64,000 bases of DNA from Octopus sinensis (taxonomy: Eukaryota). Location: positions 65,844,001-65,908,000 of the forward strand of contig NC_043003.1 in assembly GCF_006345805.1 (NCBI RefSeq). Direction: 5' to 3'. Shown in pieces: positions 51,760-64,000 of this stretch. Both the position numbers and the translations under genes were made by a program. Numbering within the stretch: position 1 is the first letter of the stretch; each line of letters begins with the position of its first letter. The notes beneath the pieces are model-generated. The model made no database searches and was not told the origin of the DNA. It worked only from the letters and a program-made list of their open reading frames with translations.

Positions 51760-52140
51760 CAAGTTTTGTGGCATCGTGGTCCAATTAAGTAATGGTTTCT
51801 TGATGAGTGAGTTGTTTCCAGGTATAGGTGGTTTATCTGGTATTCCTTGAAGAAATTGGTCCAGACTCCGTTTAAAGGTGATGAGATCCATTTGAACTTT
51901 GATCAGTTTTCGGACATGTTAACAGGGAAGAAGGGCCTGTTGAGGAAAAGAAATTGTGTCGCAGTGTACCTATAAGTTGTGATCCTTAATTGGGCAGGGG
52001 ACTGTGGCCCGTGATCCCAGCTTTGGATGAACCTTGAAGCTAATGTTCAGGTCGTTAGGGCAATGCTGGTGGTATAATGTACCGCTCGCTGGAGAGAGTT
52101 GAGTTTCAAGGCTTTAAGTCAGTCCCAGTAATAGAGATCA
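51760..52140 (-). mobile_element. Decayed 3' end of a CR1/L2-group LINE ORF2
   Basis: Minus-strand translation gives YWD*LKALKLNSLQR and MDLITFKRSLDQFLQGIPDKPPIPG. This matches the CR1/L2-type C-terminal pattern YWERLKxLxLYSLQRRRER ... FKxxLDxFLxxIPDxPxxPG. Confidence 0.75.
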
Positions 52141-52791
52141 GTGATGCTCTTAATTCGTATATATAATTATTTATGTATATATATGTGCCTTTTGGGGAAA
52201 TCTCTTTGTATATTGATAAAAAGAAAGCGGTAGAAGTTAAAATGACTTGGGTGCAAAACAACCACAAAAAATCCGTTTGTGGCAAAATCCCCGAAACCCC
52301 GAAACATTACTTTCTACAATTAACAACGAAATCACCAGCTACTCACCATCGTGGTCTTTCAATAGAAATATACTGGATACGCAGTCAAAGATATAGAACT
52401 GAAAATATGATATTGGAATTACTGACGTAACTGAAACTCGTTGGATCACAAGACATTTTGAATAGGGAAACCGCAAAAGAAAACCGCTAGGCAGCTTTTG
52501 ATTGACTACTGAACATAAAACAAAGGTTGTGGGCAGGGCAGTAGTTATACCCGCATTGCTATGCAGAATCAATCAATATTTTCAAGTACCTCTGAAACGG
52601 GGAGCTGGCTGTGAATTGGGGCGACCCGCTTTCTAGCAAATTTGCTAACAGAGTAGTGAAATTGTCGAGAATGTCTCCGCTGAATAAGCTTGTGTTCACA
52701 CCGCAATATAATCAGAGCCCAAAAGCTGCTAGAAACAACCCACCATTTTAATTCAAAGTAACCTAGAATCTATATTTTTCTTATCTGTATG

Positions 52792-52903
<112 letters not shown>

Positions 52904-53025
52904 GTCTGTCTATCTATCTATCTATCTGTCTGCCTGCCCCTCTGTCTATCTACCGATCGATTGAGTGATCTGTGTGTATGTATTGTTTGCCTTTCACTCT
53001 CTTTTCTATCTCATAACACAAACAT

Positions 53026-53143
<118 letters not shown>

Positions 53144-54609
53144 CGTATAACGAGTGAGAGAAAGAGAGGGAAAATTCATATTTTCCTTTTTTTGGGAGGT
53201 TCGTATTTATGATTGAAAATGGAAGCAAATAAAGAAACTTTGATCAAGGGATAAATTTATTGCTAACCAATCCCAAGTATTTATCTTCGTTCTCTGAGAC
53301 ACACTGTAGAGAATTCTTTGATATCAGAATGCATTAGTTGTATAACTTGACCTAATAAAGGGCCTCTATATTTTTGCTTGAACATCAAAAACTTGAAGCC
53401 AGATCTCTTAAAATTCACTTTGATATCTTAAAGAAGAAAACAGAAACATCAGGGCTGGAATTTGTATATAGGTTTCCTTGCAGGTCAAACAAAACTAGTA
53501 TGAAAAATGACAGCATATAACTTAAATGTTATTGCACTATTGATAGCTACGTGTAAGGTGGCGAGCTAACAGTATCATTATGTGTCTTTCTGATGCACTA
53601 CAAGAGGTTGTGTCACACAAAAGAAAACATTGAAAAATTGAAAGAGTTAACTATAAACTCATTGGATTTTGTTTTTTGTTGCGTATAACATTTCGTTCAC
53701 CCTCGAGATCTGTAGTACCTCTCATGTAAACAATGTTGACAATGAATCGGTAAATATCCATATAATTGTAGGACGTCACACAGAGACTGAGATTCAATCT
53801 CTCCGGCGAAGGAGAAAATCAAAATCAAAACGAAAAAAAAATTAAATATTAATCTGTACATATATGACGACATCTTCAAGCATATATTAACCTCCGATTC
53901 AAGTATGAAACTAACATAACGCCTGCAAATATACTTTATAGTACTTTTCTTTTCAACTTACATTGCAGTCTTCTGTATATCACACTGGTTTATACGCTTC
54001 AACATACACATTACGTTAAAATTATACTTCTTGTTTTTCACGACATAAGAAGCCATTTTCTTTTGTCTTTCATCTCTCTCTGCAACTCACAAATAAAGAC
54101 AGAAAAATATACATACATACACATATACATGCGTATACTTTTACATAAATATGATGGACAACACCAAGTGAACGGTGAAGAAGCGGGCGACATTTTTTCA
54201 AGAGTATACTCAACATTTATATAATAGGCGAAACTTAGGTAAAGATCTTTTGTATAAATATTCTGAGTGTACAACGAAGGCTAACTGGACTAACGTTCTG
54301 AAACAGAAACTTGGAGGAGGAATACTCAATATATTGGCTAAAGGTGTATATACCTCAAGATAGAAAACAATATAACACTAAGAAAAGTTGTTTTCTCTGT
54401 GACAAATTGATCATATTTCACATAGAAGGTTAGGCCATTGCTATCCACGAAAATATTTCAGTTACTAGATATCTGTTAGCAAGAAAGATAAGGATGCTTC
54501 TAATCCTCTAGGTTGTGAAAGAAAATGTCGATTGTGACATCCTCTTTGAAAATGTCCGCCTCCTTCACATGATTTGTGGCATTGTCTTAAAGAAAATAAC
54601 AACTAGAAT

Positions 54610-54890
54610 GCTCTTCTATATTTAAGAGATGAGGAATTATGCACATTATTTACATTATTTAAAATTGACGGATATTTGTCCTCATCTTGTTTGTTGTTAA
54701 CACAACGTTTCGGCTGATATACATTCCAGCCTTCTTCGGGTATCTTGGGGAAATTTCGAACCTGAAAACCCAGGTTCGAAATTTCCTCAAGACACCTGAT
54801 GAAGGCTGGAGGGTATATCAACCAAATCGTTGTGTTAACAACAAACAAGATGAGGAAATATATCCGTCAAATGTAAATAATGTAAATAAT
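54610..54890. mobile_element. Head-to-head inverted pair of the hammerhead-motif tail (same family as 49489-50392)
   Basis: Long palindrome centred on AACCTG-AAAACC-CAGGTT (about 54759-54776). Hammerhead-like motifs at 54700-54743 (-) and 54792-54835 (+). Confidence 0.8.
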
Positions 54891-55009
54891 TGAAATGCTG
54901 TCCAGAAGAAGGATTATTCTGATGGATAAATACTATTCCCATGGGTAGAAGTAAAATGTCATACATTGTTCTCACGAACAGCGAGCAAAAATCCTATAAT
55001 AATCCACTT

Positions 55010-55790
55010 ATCAACTGCCTTAAGAACATGAAAGCCGCCCACAAAAAAGCTGCTATTTTGAGGCGACACATTTAATTTTGGCAATTGAAAGAAATCGTTC
55101 TAGGTTACAATAGATTCATAAAACAGGAAACATGATTATCCTAGTAGAAGCAGTCGAGTTTTATCTCGATTTAAATGAAGAGTAATAGGGAAGAAAGACT
55201 AACTATATTCCTATAAGCCTCTTGTTTCATTTAAACAAGAATTTTACAAAAGTATTGATACATCTCGTTGATCAACAACCAAATAGGCAAGTAGCTATTC
55301 GACAGACAGCGTACATTCAGTCTAACAACTTCCTGAATTAGCGAAATATTACAAGCACCCCTCTTGATATCATCTTCTTAGATTGCAAAAACGTATTTGA
55401 TAACACCGAGAGGAATACTATGCTGAAGTCCCTGAAAATGCAAGAAGTTGATTGAAAAATCTCTCAAGGAAAGGATCTTGAGTTATACAAATGATATAAT
55501 TCCCTTGTTGCCAACCAATGAGATTTCCAATCAAGAAAGGAATCCAAGAAGAAGATACTATGCTTCGAAAGCTCGTCCCGACTTCAATACAAAAGGGACA
55601 GTGGAGATATTGACTGGAAAGATGATGAAAGCCCCAACAGTGAACTAACAGGTCTACAGCTATCAAACAATATCATGTACATCACAGAAACCTCAGATCA
55701 ATAGTGAAAGAGGTTCAGAGACGAGACAACATCAGTTCACAACTGAAACTCAAAATAAACTTGACACTAAACACTTTTGAAGCTTTGCGG
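55010..55790 (+). mobile_element. Decayed RTE-clade LINE reverse-transcriptase region
   Basis: The frame from 55201 reads NYIPISLLFHLNKNFTKVL..QPNRQVAIR..PLDIIFLDCKNVFD, followed by RFPIKKGIQEEDTM (55521) and LKLKINL. These correspond to the RTE motifs NYRPISLL, QP.EQAGFR, FxDxxKAFD, FPIxKGVRQGD and GLKIN. Stops and frameshifts are present. Confidence 0.8.
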
Positions 55791-56123
55791 CTGCTTCACT
55801 TGCATCAAATCTCGTCAAGATACGTGGCTACTATGCACTTTGCTTGGCGCAACAATATATTCTTCAAACAGGAATTTCATAAACTAAATTATAGGTATTA
55901 GTCTTGAGAACCTCTTCATGATGATTATGCTTCGGCTAAAGCTACCATTTTTATAGTATTTATGCCGCAAAACGGCTAAACCTAATAGACTTTACAAAAT
56001 AATACACACAGATACACATCCACACAGACACACATACACACACACGCACATATATACATATCTGTGTGTACGTGTGTGCGTGTGTCCGTGTCTATATATA
56101 GGTTATTCTTAAACAATACGGAA

Positions 56124-56210
56124 AACAGTGAATTCGAAGTTTCGGCCTCTTAAGCCATCGTCGGACTGCCGATGATGGCTTCAGTGGTCGACTACTTCGA
56201 AGCCACTGTT
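56124..56210. repeat. ~41-bp-arm inverted repeat with degenerate hammerhead-like arms
   Basis: AACAGTGAATTCGAAGTTTCGGCCTCTTAAGCCATCGTCGG and CCGATGATGGCTTCAGTGGTCGACTACTTCGAAGCCACTGTT. A related hairpin lies at 60585-60650. Confidence 0.6.
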
Positions 56211-56336
56211 AACAGAATAAGCTTGTTCACTACAAGTGTTGAGTAATCCCTCATATTACTCAGAAATTCTTTTCATTATAACTAAACATCAGAAAGTATT
56301 ACCATGTCTCTGTCTCTCTATCTATCTTTCTCTCTG

Positions 56337-56409
<73 letters not shown>

Positions 56410-56414
56410 CATAT

Positions 56415-56825
56415 AGACGCTAGAATGGCTGTATGGTAAGAAGTCTGCTTACCAACCAATTGGTTGCGTGTTCTGTTTCAATGCGTAGCACCCTAGGCAA
56501 GTCACTTCTACAATAACTTCGAGCTGACCAAAGCCTTGTAAGTGGATATAGTAGACGGAAACTGAAAGAAGCCCGTCTTATATATATATATGTGTGTGTG
56601 TGCATATGTGTTTATATGTTTGTGTGCCTATGTCCCACCAACATCGCGTGACAACCGATGCTGGAGTGTTTACGTATCTTTAAGTTAGAGGTTCGGCAAA
56701 GGAGCACGATAGCATAAGTACTAGGCTTACAAAGAATAATACCCGGAGTCGATTTGTTCGACTAAAAGGCGGAGGTCCAGCATGAGTGCAGTCAAATGGC
56801 TGAAACAAGGAAAAGAAATAAAAGA
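56415..56825 (+). mobile_element. SINE family 2
   Basis: Head TGGCTGTATGGTAAGAAG, CORE-like CCCTAGGCAAGTCACTT, internal repeat and tail. Confidence 0.8.
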
Positions 56826-56883
56826 AACATTGATAGATAGATTATTTATCATTACTTACACTCACACACACACACACACACAC

Positions 56884-56923
<40 letters not shown>

Positions 56924-57621
56924 CATACATACATGTGTGTGTGTGTGTGTGTGCGTGTGTACGTACATAGTTCTCCTTGAATGAGAATCTAAAGCACATA
57001 CACTCGAATGTGACTTCAGCATCGTTGCCTAAAACATTGCTCACACACTACATATTATTATAACTACTTCAGAACATTACTCCATATCAGAAATACAAAT
57101 GCATTGTAATAAATACCTGATACCTGAACTAAAAAAAAAAAATAATAACAACAACAATAATAGAATAAAAGTGAATAAAATTTTCCAGAATATAATTCAA
57201 TGAGTCATTTTGACAGCACATGCTATTTTAGCCAAGTAATGAGTCAGGTGTCAGACACAAAAGCTGCTTTGTTGATGAAGAGGGTTTATTGTGGCAATGA
57301 AACAATTTATTGGTGATTTAGTCGCTCATATCAAAAGTGTAGGAGAGAGAAAGACCGAAGGAGATAATATATTTTAACACACATATACACAAATATTGTA
57401 CAACAAAACGATACAATCACTTGGAAATTTATATATATTAGTATATTTATTGATAATTTATTTTACTGAAGTAAATATAATTTAATAAATGTTTCTTAAG
57501 GAGTTTTGTTAATATTATATAATATATAGTGTGGAAATCGCTTAGTGTAATCAATTTGGAACAGAAGCTTTACATTCGATTAAGAATGTCCGGCTGAAAA
57601 CATTATACAACATATACAACA

Positions 57622-57767
57622 CAGTTCTATATTTAAGAGATGAGGAATTATGTACTTTATTTACATTATTTACATTCGACGGATATTTGTCTTCATATTG
57701 TTAGTCTTGGAGAAATTTCGAACCTGGGTTCTCATTTCAAAGATATTTTTCGATGTTATTATTATTA

Positions 57768-57843
<76 letters not shown>

Positions 57844-57955
57844 ATCAATGCTTGTAATCGAATTTTGAATCTTTATGCTAGTAACCCACGCTCTTAACCA
57901 CTACACCATATGCCCGAGTATTTCCCCAACACACCTGATGATGGCTGGAGAAACT
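57622..57955 (-). mobile_element. Third copy of the tRNA-headed/(AAT)n element, with an internal deletion over the hammerhead and an inverted hammerhead fragment beyond the head
   Basis: Tail AGTTCTATATTTAAGAGATGAGG at about 57623, (ATT)n at 57755-57840 and head complement CTCTTAACCACTACACCATA at about 57891-57910. Plus-strand TTTCCCCAACACACCTGATGATGGCTGGAG follows at 57921-57950. Confidence 0.75.
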
Positions 57956-58500
57956 AACACCGGTTGTCAAGAAGTCGTAAGGAAAAATCTGACGCAAAGA
58001 TACACACACATACACGACTGGCTTCATTCAGATTCCGTATATCAAATCCACTCACAAAGTTTTGGTCAACCCGCGTCTAAAGTACTATGCACTTGGAGAA
58101 ATTTCGATGCAGTAGGGCTGAACCTAGAACCATGCAGTTCAGAAGTAAACTTCTTACCATACTGACCCACACAGAACAATTATTTTCAACTATACTTGAT
58201 TCTGTGGTGTTGTTTTAAACTTTCAAAGGAGCAGTCAATGGTGTCTTGACAACATTTTGTCTGCAAGGAAAAGATTTCTCCATGACAAACTGCAGTGAAT
58301 AAACTTTCTTCAGGTTCAAATATTTCTCAAATATATTTGAAATGCTAACAAGTTTATATTTATGTTAATCACTGCTTAGGGCTTCTAATCTGTGTTTCAG
58401 AAGACTTTAACAAGCCCCAAACTACTTTTCAATCGTCTAGCTCGATTCTTACTTTGATTCGTTTGAAATATTTGCCAATGAAACGCCGCCTTTTTATGTT

Positions 58501-58690
58501 ATTTAGCATCGGGCAATTGTTACTATCTGGTTACTCGTAGCCATCAGCGCAGTAAATTTTCAGAACATTTTACGGAACCAAGCAACTAAATATGTATTTA
58601 GTATCGGGCAATTGTTACTGTCTGTTTACTTGTAGTCATTAGAGAAGTAAATTTTGAGGATGTTTTACAGAACGAAGTCACTAAATATAT
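58501..58690 (+). repeat. Diverged tandem duplication, 2 x 95 bp
   Basis: ATTTAG(C/T)ATCGGGCAATTGTTACT...CTAAATAT at 58501 and 58596. Confidence 0.85.
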
Positions 58691-59499
58691 ATTTTTATAA
58701 CTTTACTTTGATTGGATTGGGGACGACATGATGTGTTACATAATTTTTTGGAAGCACAGTGATGAAATTTCATTCACTGCTGGAACTCATGTAATTACGA
58801 GGCCCTTTGATCAGGGACAACATGACGCTAAACGGTAAAAAGTGAAAAGCTTTACTCGCCATATGATACGCAGCAAAACTTTTCAGTTGATATCCGACAT
58901 ACCATTATATGGATATCCTTCTATATATGTAATTAGAAACAAAAAAGTGAATTAAACGATGATTGTTCACCAAACTTTTGAATGTGCTTTAATTAGATTA
59001 ACAGCTTAAAAGCTGAGATTATTAGGAAATTTCAAGTTGTTCGACATTTGTATAGATTCCATTTGAGTTTCTGCATTGATATCTTAAATAAATAATTTTT
59101 AAAATTTTAAGAAAACAGGTTTAGCAGATGTATAGACAAATTATTATACACGCGATAAATTATTATACACGAATAATAATGTATAATTCCGAAGTTGAGT
59201 ATATAATTATGTTTTCAGCAGTCTTCAGAGCAGGGGTGGGGAAACTTTATAGGGTGGCAGACAAATAATTCCAAGGAAAATTGTCCGCGAGCGGATCACA
59301 AGTTCTCACTCTTATATCTCTGTTAATCTTGTATATATCAATATATAATTCGATATACATTATTAAAGATAAGCGTAAGACATTAAATTAACATACAACA
59401 TCCTCATTAACGCCGCCACTGAATTTATGACGTTTATATTACTTATGAGGTATTCTATATTTTTCAGCTAGAGCGTAACTGGGTCTCAGGTGCTGTAGA

Positions 59500-60200
59500 A
59501 AGCAAACAGATGAATTAGTCTAACGCTCGGGAATTGCAAAGGTCTTTTACGTTTCGAGCCTACGCTCTTCCACAGAAAGGAACACAGAAATAAACAAGGA
59601 CAGAAACAAGGAGAGAAAAAAATTGGGTGTAGTGGCTACTTATCTATCATGGACGGAAGGGTCACACAGGAGAGCGAAGAAGTAGGGGAGATAAAGTAAT
59701 AGTGATCCCAAAACGAAGGTGCGCGTGTGTAAGAGAGAACGTATGCGCGTGTGAAAGAGGGCTGGTGGTCTTGACGTGTGCGTGTGTGTATGTATAGGTG
59801 TGAAAATGTGGGGATGGGAATTGGTCAGTGCTGGGGTGTGGGTGGTGGTGTGTTGAGATATGATGTGTTGTGTGGTATGGTGTAGTGTTGCGTGGTGTGA
59901 TCTTGTTGGGAGGTGGGGAGGTGAGAGTGGGAAATCATGGGTGGAGTGTGGGTTATACTGAGGGTTGGGGTAGAGTTGGGGTATGTGGGTAGGCAGAGGG
60001 TGGGAGTATAGGTAGGATATATGGAAAAGGGTGTAAGGGATGGTATGGGGTGTGATGGGAAGGATACGGAAGTTGGAGCAGGAATGTGTAGGGGTGGAGT
60101 GGGCTTATGGGGAAGGGTTGACGATGAAGGGGGAAGGGGAAGGTGGGTATGAAAGAAGAGAGAAAGAGAGTAGGGGTGAAGAGAAGTAGGAGTGAAGAGA
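59500..60200 (-). mobile_element. Penelope-like 3' region: pyrimidine-rich UTR leading to a hammerhead-like motif
   Basis: The minus strand is C/T-rich and ends in CTTT-CTGTGGA-A-GAGC-GTAG-GCTC-GAAA-CGTA-AAAG (59544-59579). Homologous motifs occur at 1185 and 51200. Confidence 0.55.
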
Positions 60201-60213
60201 ATATATATATATT

Positions 60214-60244
<31 letters not shown>

Positions 60245-60261
60245 CTGTATGTGTGTGTTCG

Positions 60262-60470
60262 GAATGTCTTTGCACAGAGACAGAATTTAATCTTTTCCCT
60301 TCATATTTTTGCTCGAAACGGCCTTAATTCGCTACCTCTCTTCATCTAACACCAACCCCACACATATCCCCATGTACCTTCCACCTTTACCTACCTCTCA
60401 CCTCCTCTCCACTTTCTCACCTGGACACCGCCTAAGTCGCGCACACAACACACCAAGTTCACTTGCTTGT
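60262..60470 (+). mobile_element. Penelope-like GIY-YIG ORF C-terminus plus C-rich 3' UTR, inverted relative to 59500-60200
   Basis: Translation QRQNLIFSLHIFARNGLNSLPLFI* (stop at 60349) resembles the Penelope endonuclease end (E..LIFxLxTxxPxGLN). A C-rich tract follows. Confidence 0.5.
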
Positions 60471-60584
60471 TGTTCATGCATTAATATTTCTTTACGTGTT
60501 CATTTACATAAAAAACAATGTTGCCTTCATCTAACAGATTACTCTATACTTTTGTACAGAACAGATTTATTATTATTAAACAAG

Positions 60585-60650
60585 AGAGTGACTTCGGCTA
60601 CCTAAGCCATCGTCAACAGCTAGACGAGGGGTTAGTTGGTCGAAGCCTCT
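60585..60650. repeat. Imperfect inverted repeat related to 56124-56210
   Basis: AGAGTGACTTCGGCTACCTAAGCCATCGTC and GACGAGGGGTTAGTTGGTCGAAGCCTCT; shares TTCGGC..TAAGCCATCGTC with the 56.1-kb copy. Confidence 0.5.
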
Positions 60651-61074
60651 AGGTATGTACACAGATCTTCACGTATACTGACAGTCACATACTCACACTT
60701 ACACACAAATAAGTGGTTAGTTAAAATATGCTTGTTTAGTATATCTTAGACTGATTGCTTATGTCAGTTAGAAGGATTTAGAAAGTCGTACAACACAATT
60801 TGCATTACATTTTATATAACCGTCTAAATTGATTTTCTAATATTTTTGTACAATATGCAATATCGATTGTTGAAAATATACAACTAGATTTTAGGTATTG
60901 TTAGGAATTCATTCTCTTATTGAAAACCGTCGCTTTCATTTCTTTTGAAGTTTTGGAAATCCTTTATAACTCTATTTTAGTCGTAAAAAGGTTCTGTCTT
61001 CCTTCAAATAGCGTCTTTGGAGTGAACACACAAACACACACACACACACATTCTCTCTCTCTTCTCTCTCTTTC

Positions 61075-61145
<71 letters not shown>

Positions 61146-61429
61146 CTCTTTTACTCTTTTACTCTTTTACTGGTTTCAGTCATGTGACTGTGGCGATGCT
61201 GGAAAACCGCCTTTAGACGAGCAAATCAACCCCAGGATTAAGTTTTTCTAAGCCAATTACTTATTCTATCGGTCTCTTTTGCTGAACCGCTAAGTTACCC
61301 TAATCCTAACTTGGCTGAAGATTTATTTCCTTTCTTTCAGATGTCGTATACACTTACATTTCTTACCACAATCTTATCTTATTTATATTAAATTCACTCA
61401 TCTTTTATCTTTTATTTGTCGCACTTATT

Positions 61430-62050
61430 GTTTTCTACTCTAAGCACAAGGCCCCAAATTTTTGGGGTGGGGTACAGTCATTTACATCGATTCCAGTATG
61501 CAACTAGTACTTAATTTATGGACCTCCAAGATGATGAAAAGGCAAAGTCGACCTCGGCGGAATTTGAACTCAGAACGTAAAGACAGACGAAATACCGTTA
61601 GGCATTTCGCATGGCGTACTAACGTTTCTTATTTCTTTATTGCCCACAAGGGGCTAAACATAGAGGGGACAAACATAGACAGACAAACGGATTAAGTCGA
61701 TTACATCGACCCCAGTGTGTAACTGGTACTTAATTTATCGACCCCGAAAGGATAAAAGGTAAAGTCAACCTCGGCGGAATGTGAACTTAGGACGTAAAGG
61801 CAGACGAAATACCTATTTCTTTACTACCCACAGGGGGTTAAACACAGAGAGGACAAACAAGGACAGACAAACGGATTAAGTCGATTATATCGATCCCAGT
61901 GCGTAACTGGTACTTATTTAATCGACCATGAATGGATGAAAGGCAAAGTCGACCTCGGCGGAATTCGAACTCAGAACGTAGCGGCAGACGGCTCTTGGCA
62001 TTCTAAGCATTTCGCCAGGCGTACTAACGTTTCTGCCAACTCGTTACCTT
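61430..62050 (-). mobile_element. Trimeric SINE family 1 array
   Basis: Three central domains, two tail-B modules and a terminal tail A. Confidence 0.85.
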
Positions 62051-62059
62051 AAGACAAAT

Positions 62060-62278
62060 GAATATTCTTTTCTAATCTAGGCACAATGCCCGAAATTTTG
62101 GGGAGGGGGCAGTCGATTAGATCGAGCCTAGTACGCAACTGGTACTTAATTTATCGACCCCGAAAAGATGAAAGTGAAAGTTGGCCTCAGCGGAATTTGA
62201 ACTCAGAACATAAAGACAGACAAAAACTGCTAAGCATTTCGCCCGTCATGCTAACGTTTCTGCCTGCTCGCCGCCTTA
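62060..62278 (-). mobile_element. Monomeric SINE family 1 (tail A) abutting the 5.8S copy
   Basis: On the minus strand, the head TAAGGCGGCGAGCAGGCAGAAACGTTAGC begins 4 nt after the end of 5.8S homology. Confidence 0.85.
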
Positions 62279-62282
62279 GGGA

Positions 62283-62428
62283 TCGGACGGGGTCCCGAGA
62301 CAGTGGGATCCCGAGGCCGCAATGTGTGTTCGAGGAGTCGATGTTCACTGAGTCCTAAAATTCGCATAAGTTCACGCGGATAGCCGCGCTCTTCATCGAC
62401 GGACGAGCCGAGTGATTCCCCCGTCGCA
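62283..62428 (-). rRNA. Solitary, nearly full-length 5.8S rRNA-derived sequence (probably a pseudogene)
   Basis: The reverse complement reads GAATCACTCGGCTCGTCCGTCGATGAAGAGCGCGGCTATCCGCGTGAACTTATGCGAATTTTAGGACTCAGTGAACATCGACTCCTCGAACACACATTGCGGCCTCGGG. It is colinear with metazoan 5.8S (GGATCACTCGGCTCG..GTCGATGAAGAACGCAGC..GAATT..AGGACACA.TGA.CATCGAC..TCGAACGCAC.TTGCGGCC). Both flanks are SINE sequence, with no ITS, 18S or 28S. Confidence 0.88.
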
Positions 62429-63149
62429 CTTATTGAACTGTAGCCATGCTGGAGTTCTGCCCTGAAGAATTTGGTCGAAGAAATCGAGACCTGTACTGAT
62501 AGGTGCGCGCACGCGCGTGTGTGTATTTGAGTATATGTATGTATGTTACTTCTCTATTTAATTATAACTCTTCCTCTGAGGAGGGATTCGGTTTCCAACT
62601 AAGATACAAGGCTCCATCTTTTGGGATGTAGTTAACACAGACAAATTCATATTTGGAACTTGAGAAAAGTCCTGCATATTTTTACTGTTCCATTCACAGA
62701 TTGTACTTGTAATGTACGAATTAGCCAGTCGATTTCTCTTTCTGAAAACTCCAGTTTATCCAGATTCTGCGAGTGCTCAAATTATTATTTGTATGAATAT
62801 AAATTCATAGTCTGGATACAGAAGCTGGAGGTTTCGAAGCAGTTGTCCATCGATATTCTAATTTTCTTTGATTTTGAAAGAGATATTTAAATCTGCTGGG
62901 CAGCTGACCTTTATGAGGGTACATACTTTTGGCCCTCGGTCCTATACAACAATATCCGGCCTGTCATGTTTACATTTGGTATGTAAGTATGTTTTTATGG
63001 GAGTCTGTTATTTTATTTTATCGATCTCTTCCGTAGAATTGCTAATGATGCGGGGACTTCAAGAAAACAACACTGGCTGTTAAGCAGCCCAGGGGAATAA
63101 AAACAGACAGAAACACACATGCAACTTACACAAACATACATATTTATAC

Positions 63150-63200
<51 letters not shown>

Positions 63201-63216
63201 TGTGTGTGTGTATATG

Positions 63217-63274
<58 letters not shown>

Positions 63275-63288
63275 GGTTTGTATGAGTG

Positions 63289-63321
<33 letters not shown>

Positions 63322-63741
63322 GGAAAAAAGCAACAGAATGGATCAATATTTCGGTACAATTGTTTCGTACGAAGACATCTTTAATAAGGCTACAAAAATT
63401 GCAGTAAATATAAGTGACCCGTACTCATCAGCCGAAAAAACATCTGAGATCTCCAAACATCAAAGGGGGTAATGTTACACTCGTGAAACATCATGGAAAG
63501 TTCTATAAAAATGAGATTTAGATAATAAATTGACTTCTAAAAGTTCTTTTAGTATTGCACAGTCATATATCAGGTTTAAAAATTTTTTTTCAAAACCTCT
63601 AAGATGAAAGTGAGGATCACCCCACTTTGTCGTATGGTTAACACCATATAAATTTCGGGTGCATCCAAGTTAAGTACCATATTCATGTGAATTCAACAGA
63701 ACTCACTTGAATCTTAATTGCTTGTACCGTATATATATATA

Positions 63742-63799
<58 letters not shown>

Positions 63800-64000
63800 A
63801 TATATATAATATATATATATATATATATACTATATATATATATATATATACACATATATACTTCATGGATGAGAATCAGATATTCTCCATGTAGAATACA
63901 CTTAATAGTTCTCAAGAAATTTAAACATGAGCGGGTAGAGGAGTAAATGTAAGTATAAGCAAGTTAGGCATTTCGATATACAAAGAATTTTAAATCGATT

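Noticed and set aside
59236-59300. CAGGGGTGGGGAAACTT as a hAT-type TIR
   Set aside because: No partner inverted repeat or 8-bp target-site duplication was found nearby.
63350-63390. GAAACAATTGTA on the minus strand, as in the 422-461 motif
   Set aside because: The core and stems are too degenerate to call; it could be a remnant or chance.

Overview
This is eukaryotic, very AT-rich, microsatellite-dense DNA; the repeat families and composition suggest an octopus (coleoid cephalopod), which is an inference. The only host coding sequence I can support is the terminal exon of a heparan sulfate glucosamine 3-O-sulfotransferase (HS3ST) on the minus strand (10414-11035). I could not find its upstream exon, so much of the rest may be one long intron. 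The remainder is repeats: three tRNA-headed SINE families, decayed RTE, CR1/L2 and Penelope-like (GIY-YIG) retroelement ORFs, a mariner fold-back element, palindromic MITEs, a 1.44-kb tandem duplication and many microsatellites. Four observations stand out. (1) A tRNA-headed non-coding element carries a minimal hammerhead ribozyme motif, and all three copies show an inverted terminal fragment at the 5' side, as Penelope-like insertions do. (2) About a dozen hammerhead-like motifs from roughly five sequence families occur across the window. (3) A solitary, nearly full-length 5.8S rRNA copy sits 4 nt from a SINE head. (4) A 34-bp minisatellite is built from a SINE 3' stem-loop. Repeat boundaries were read by eye and are approximate (about 10-20 bp).
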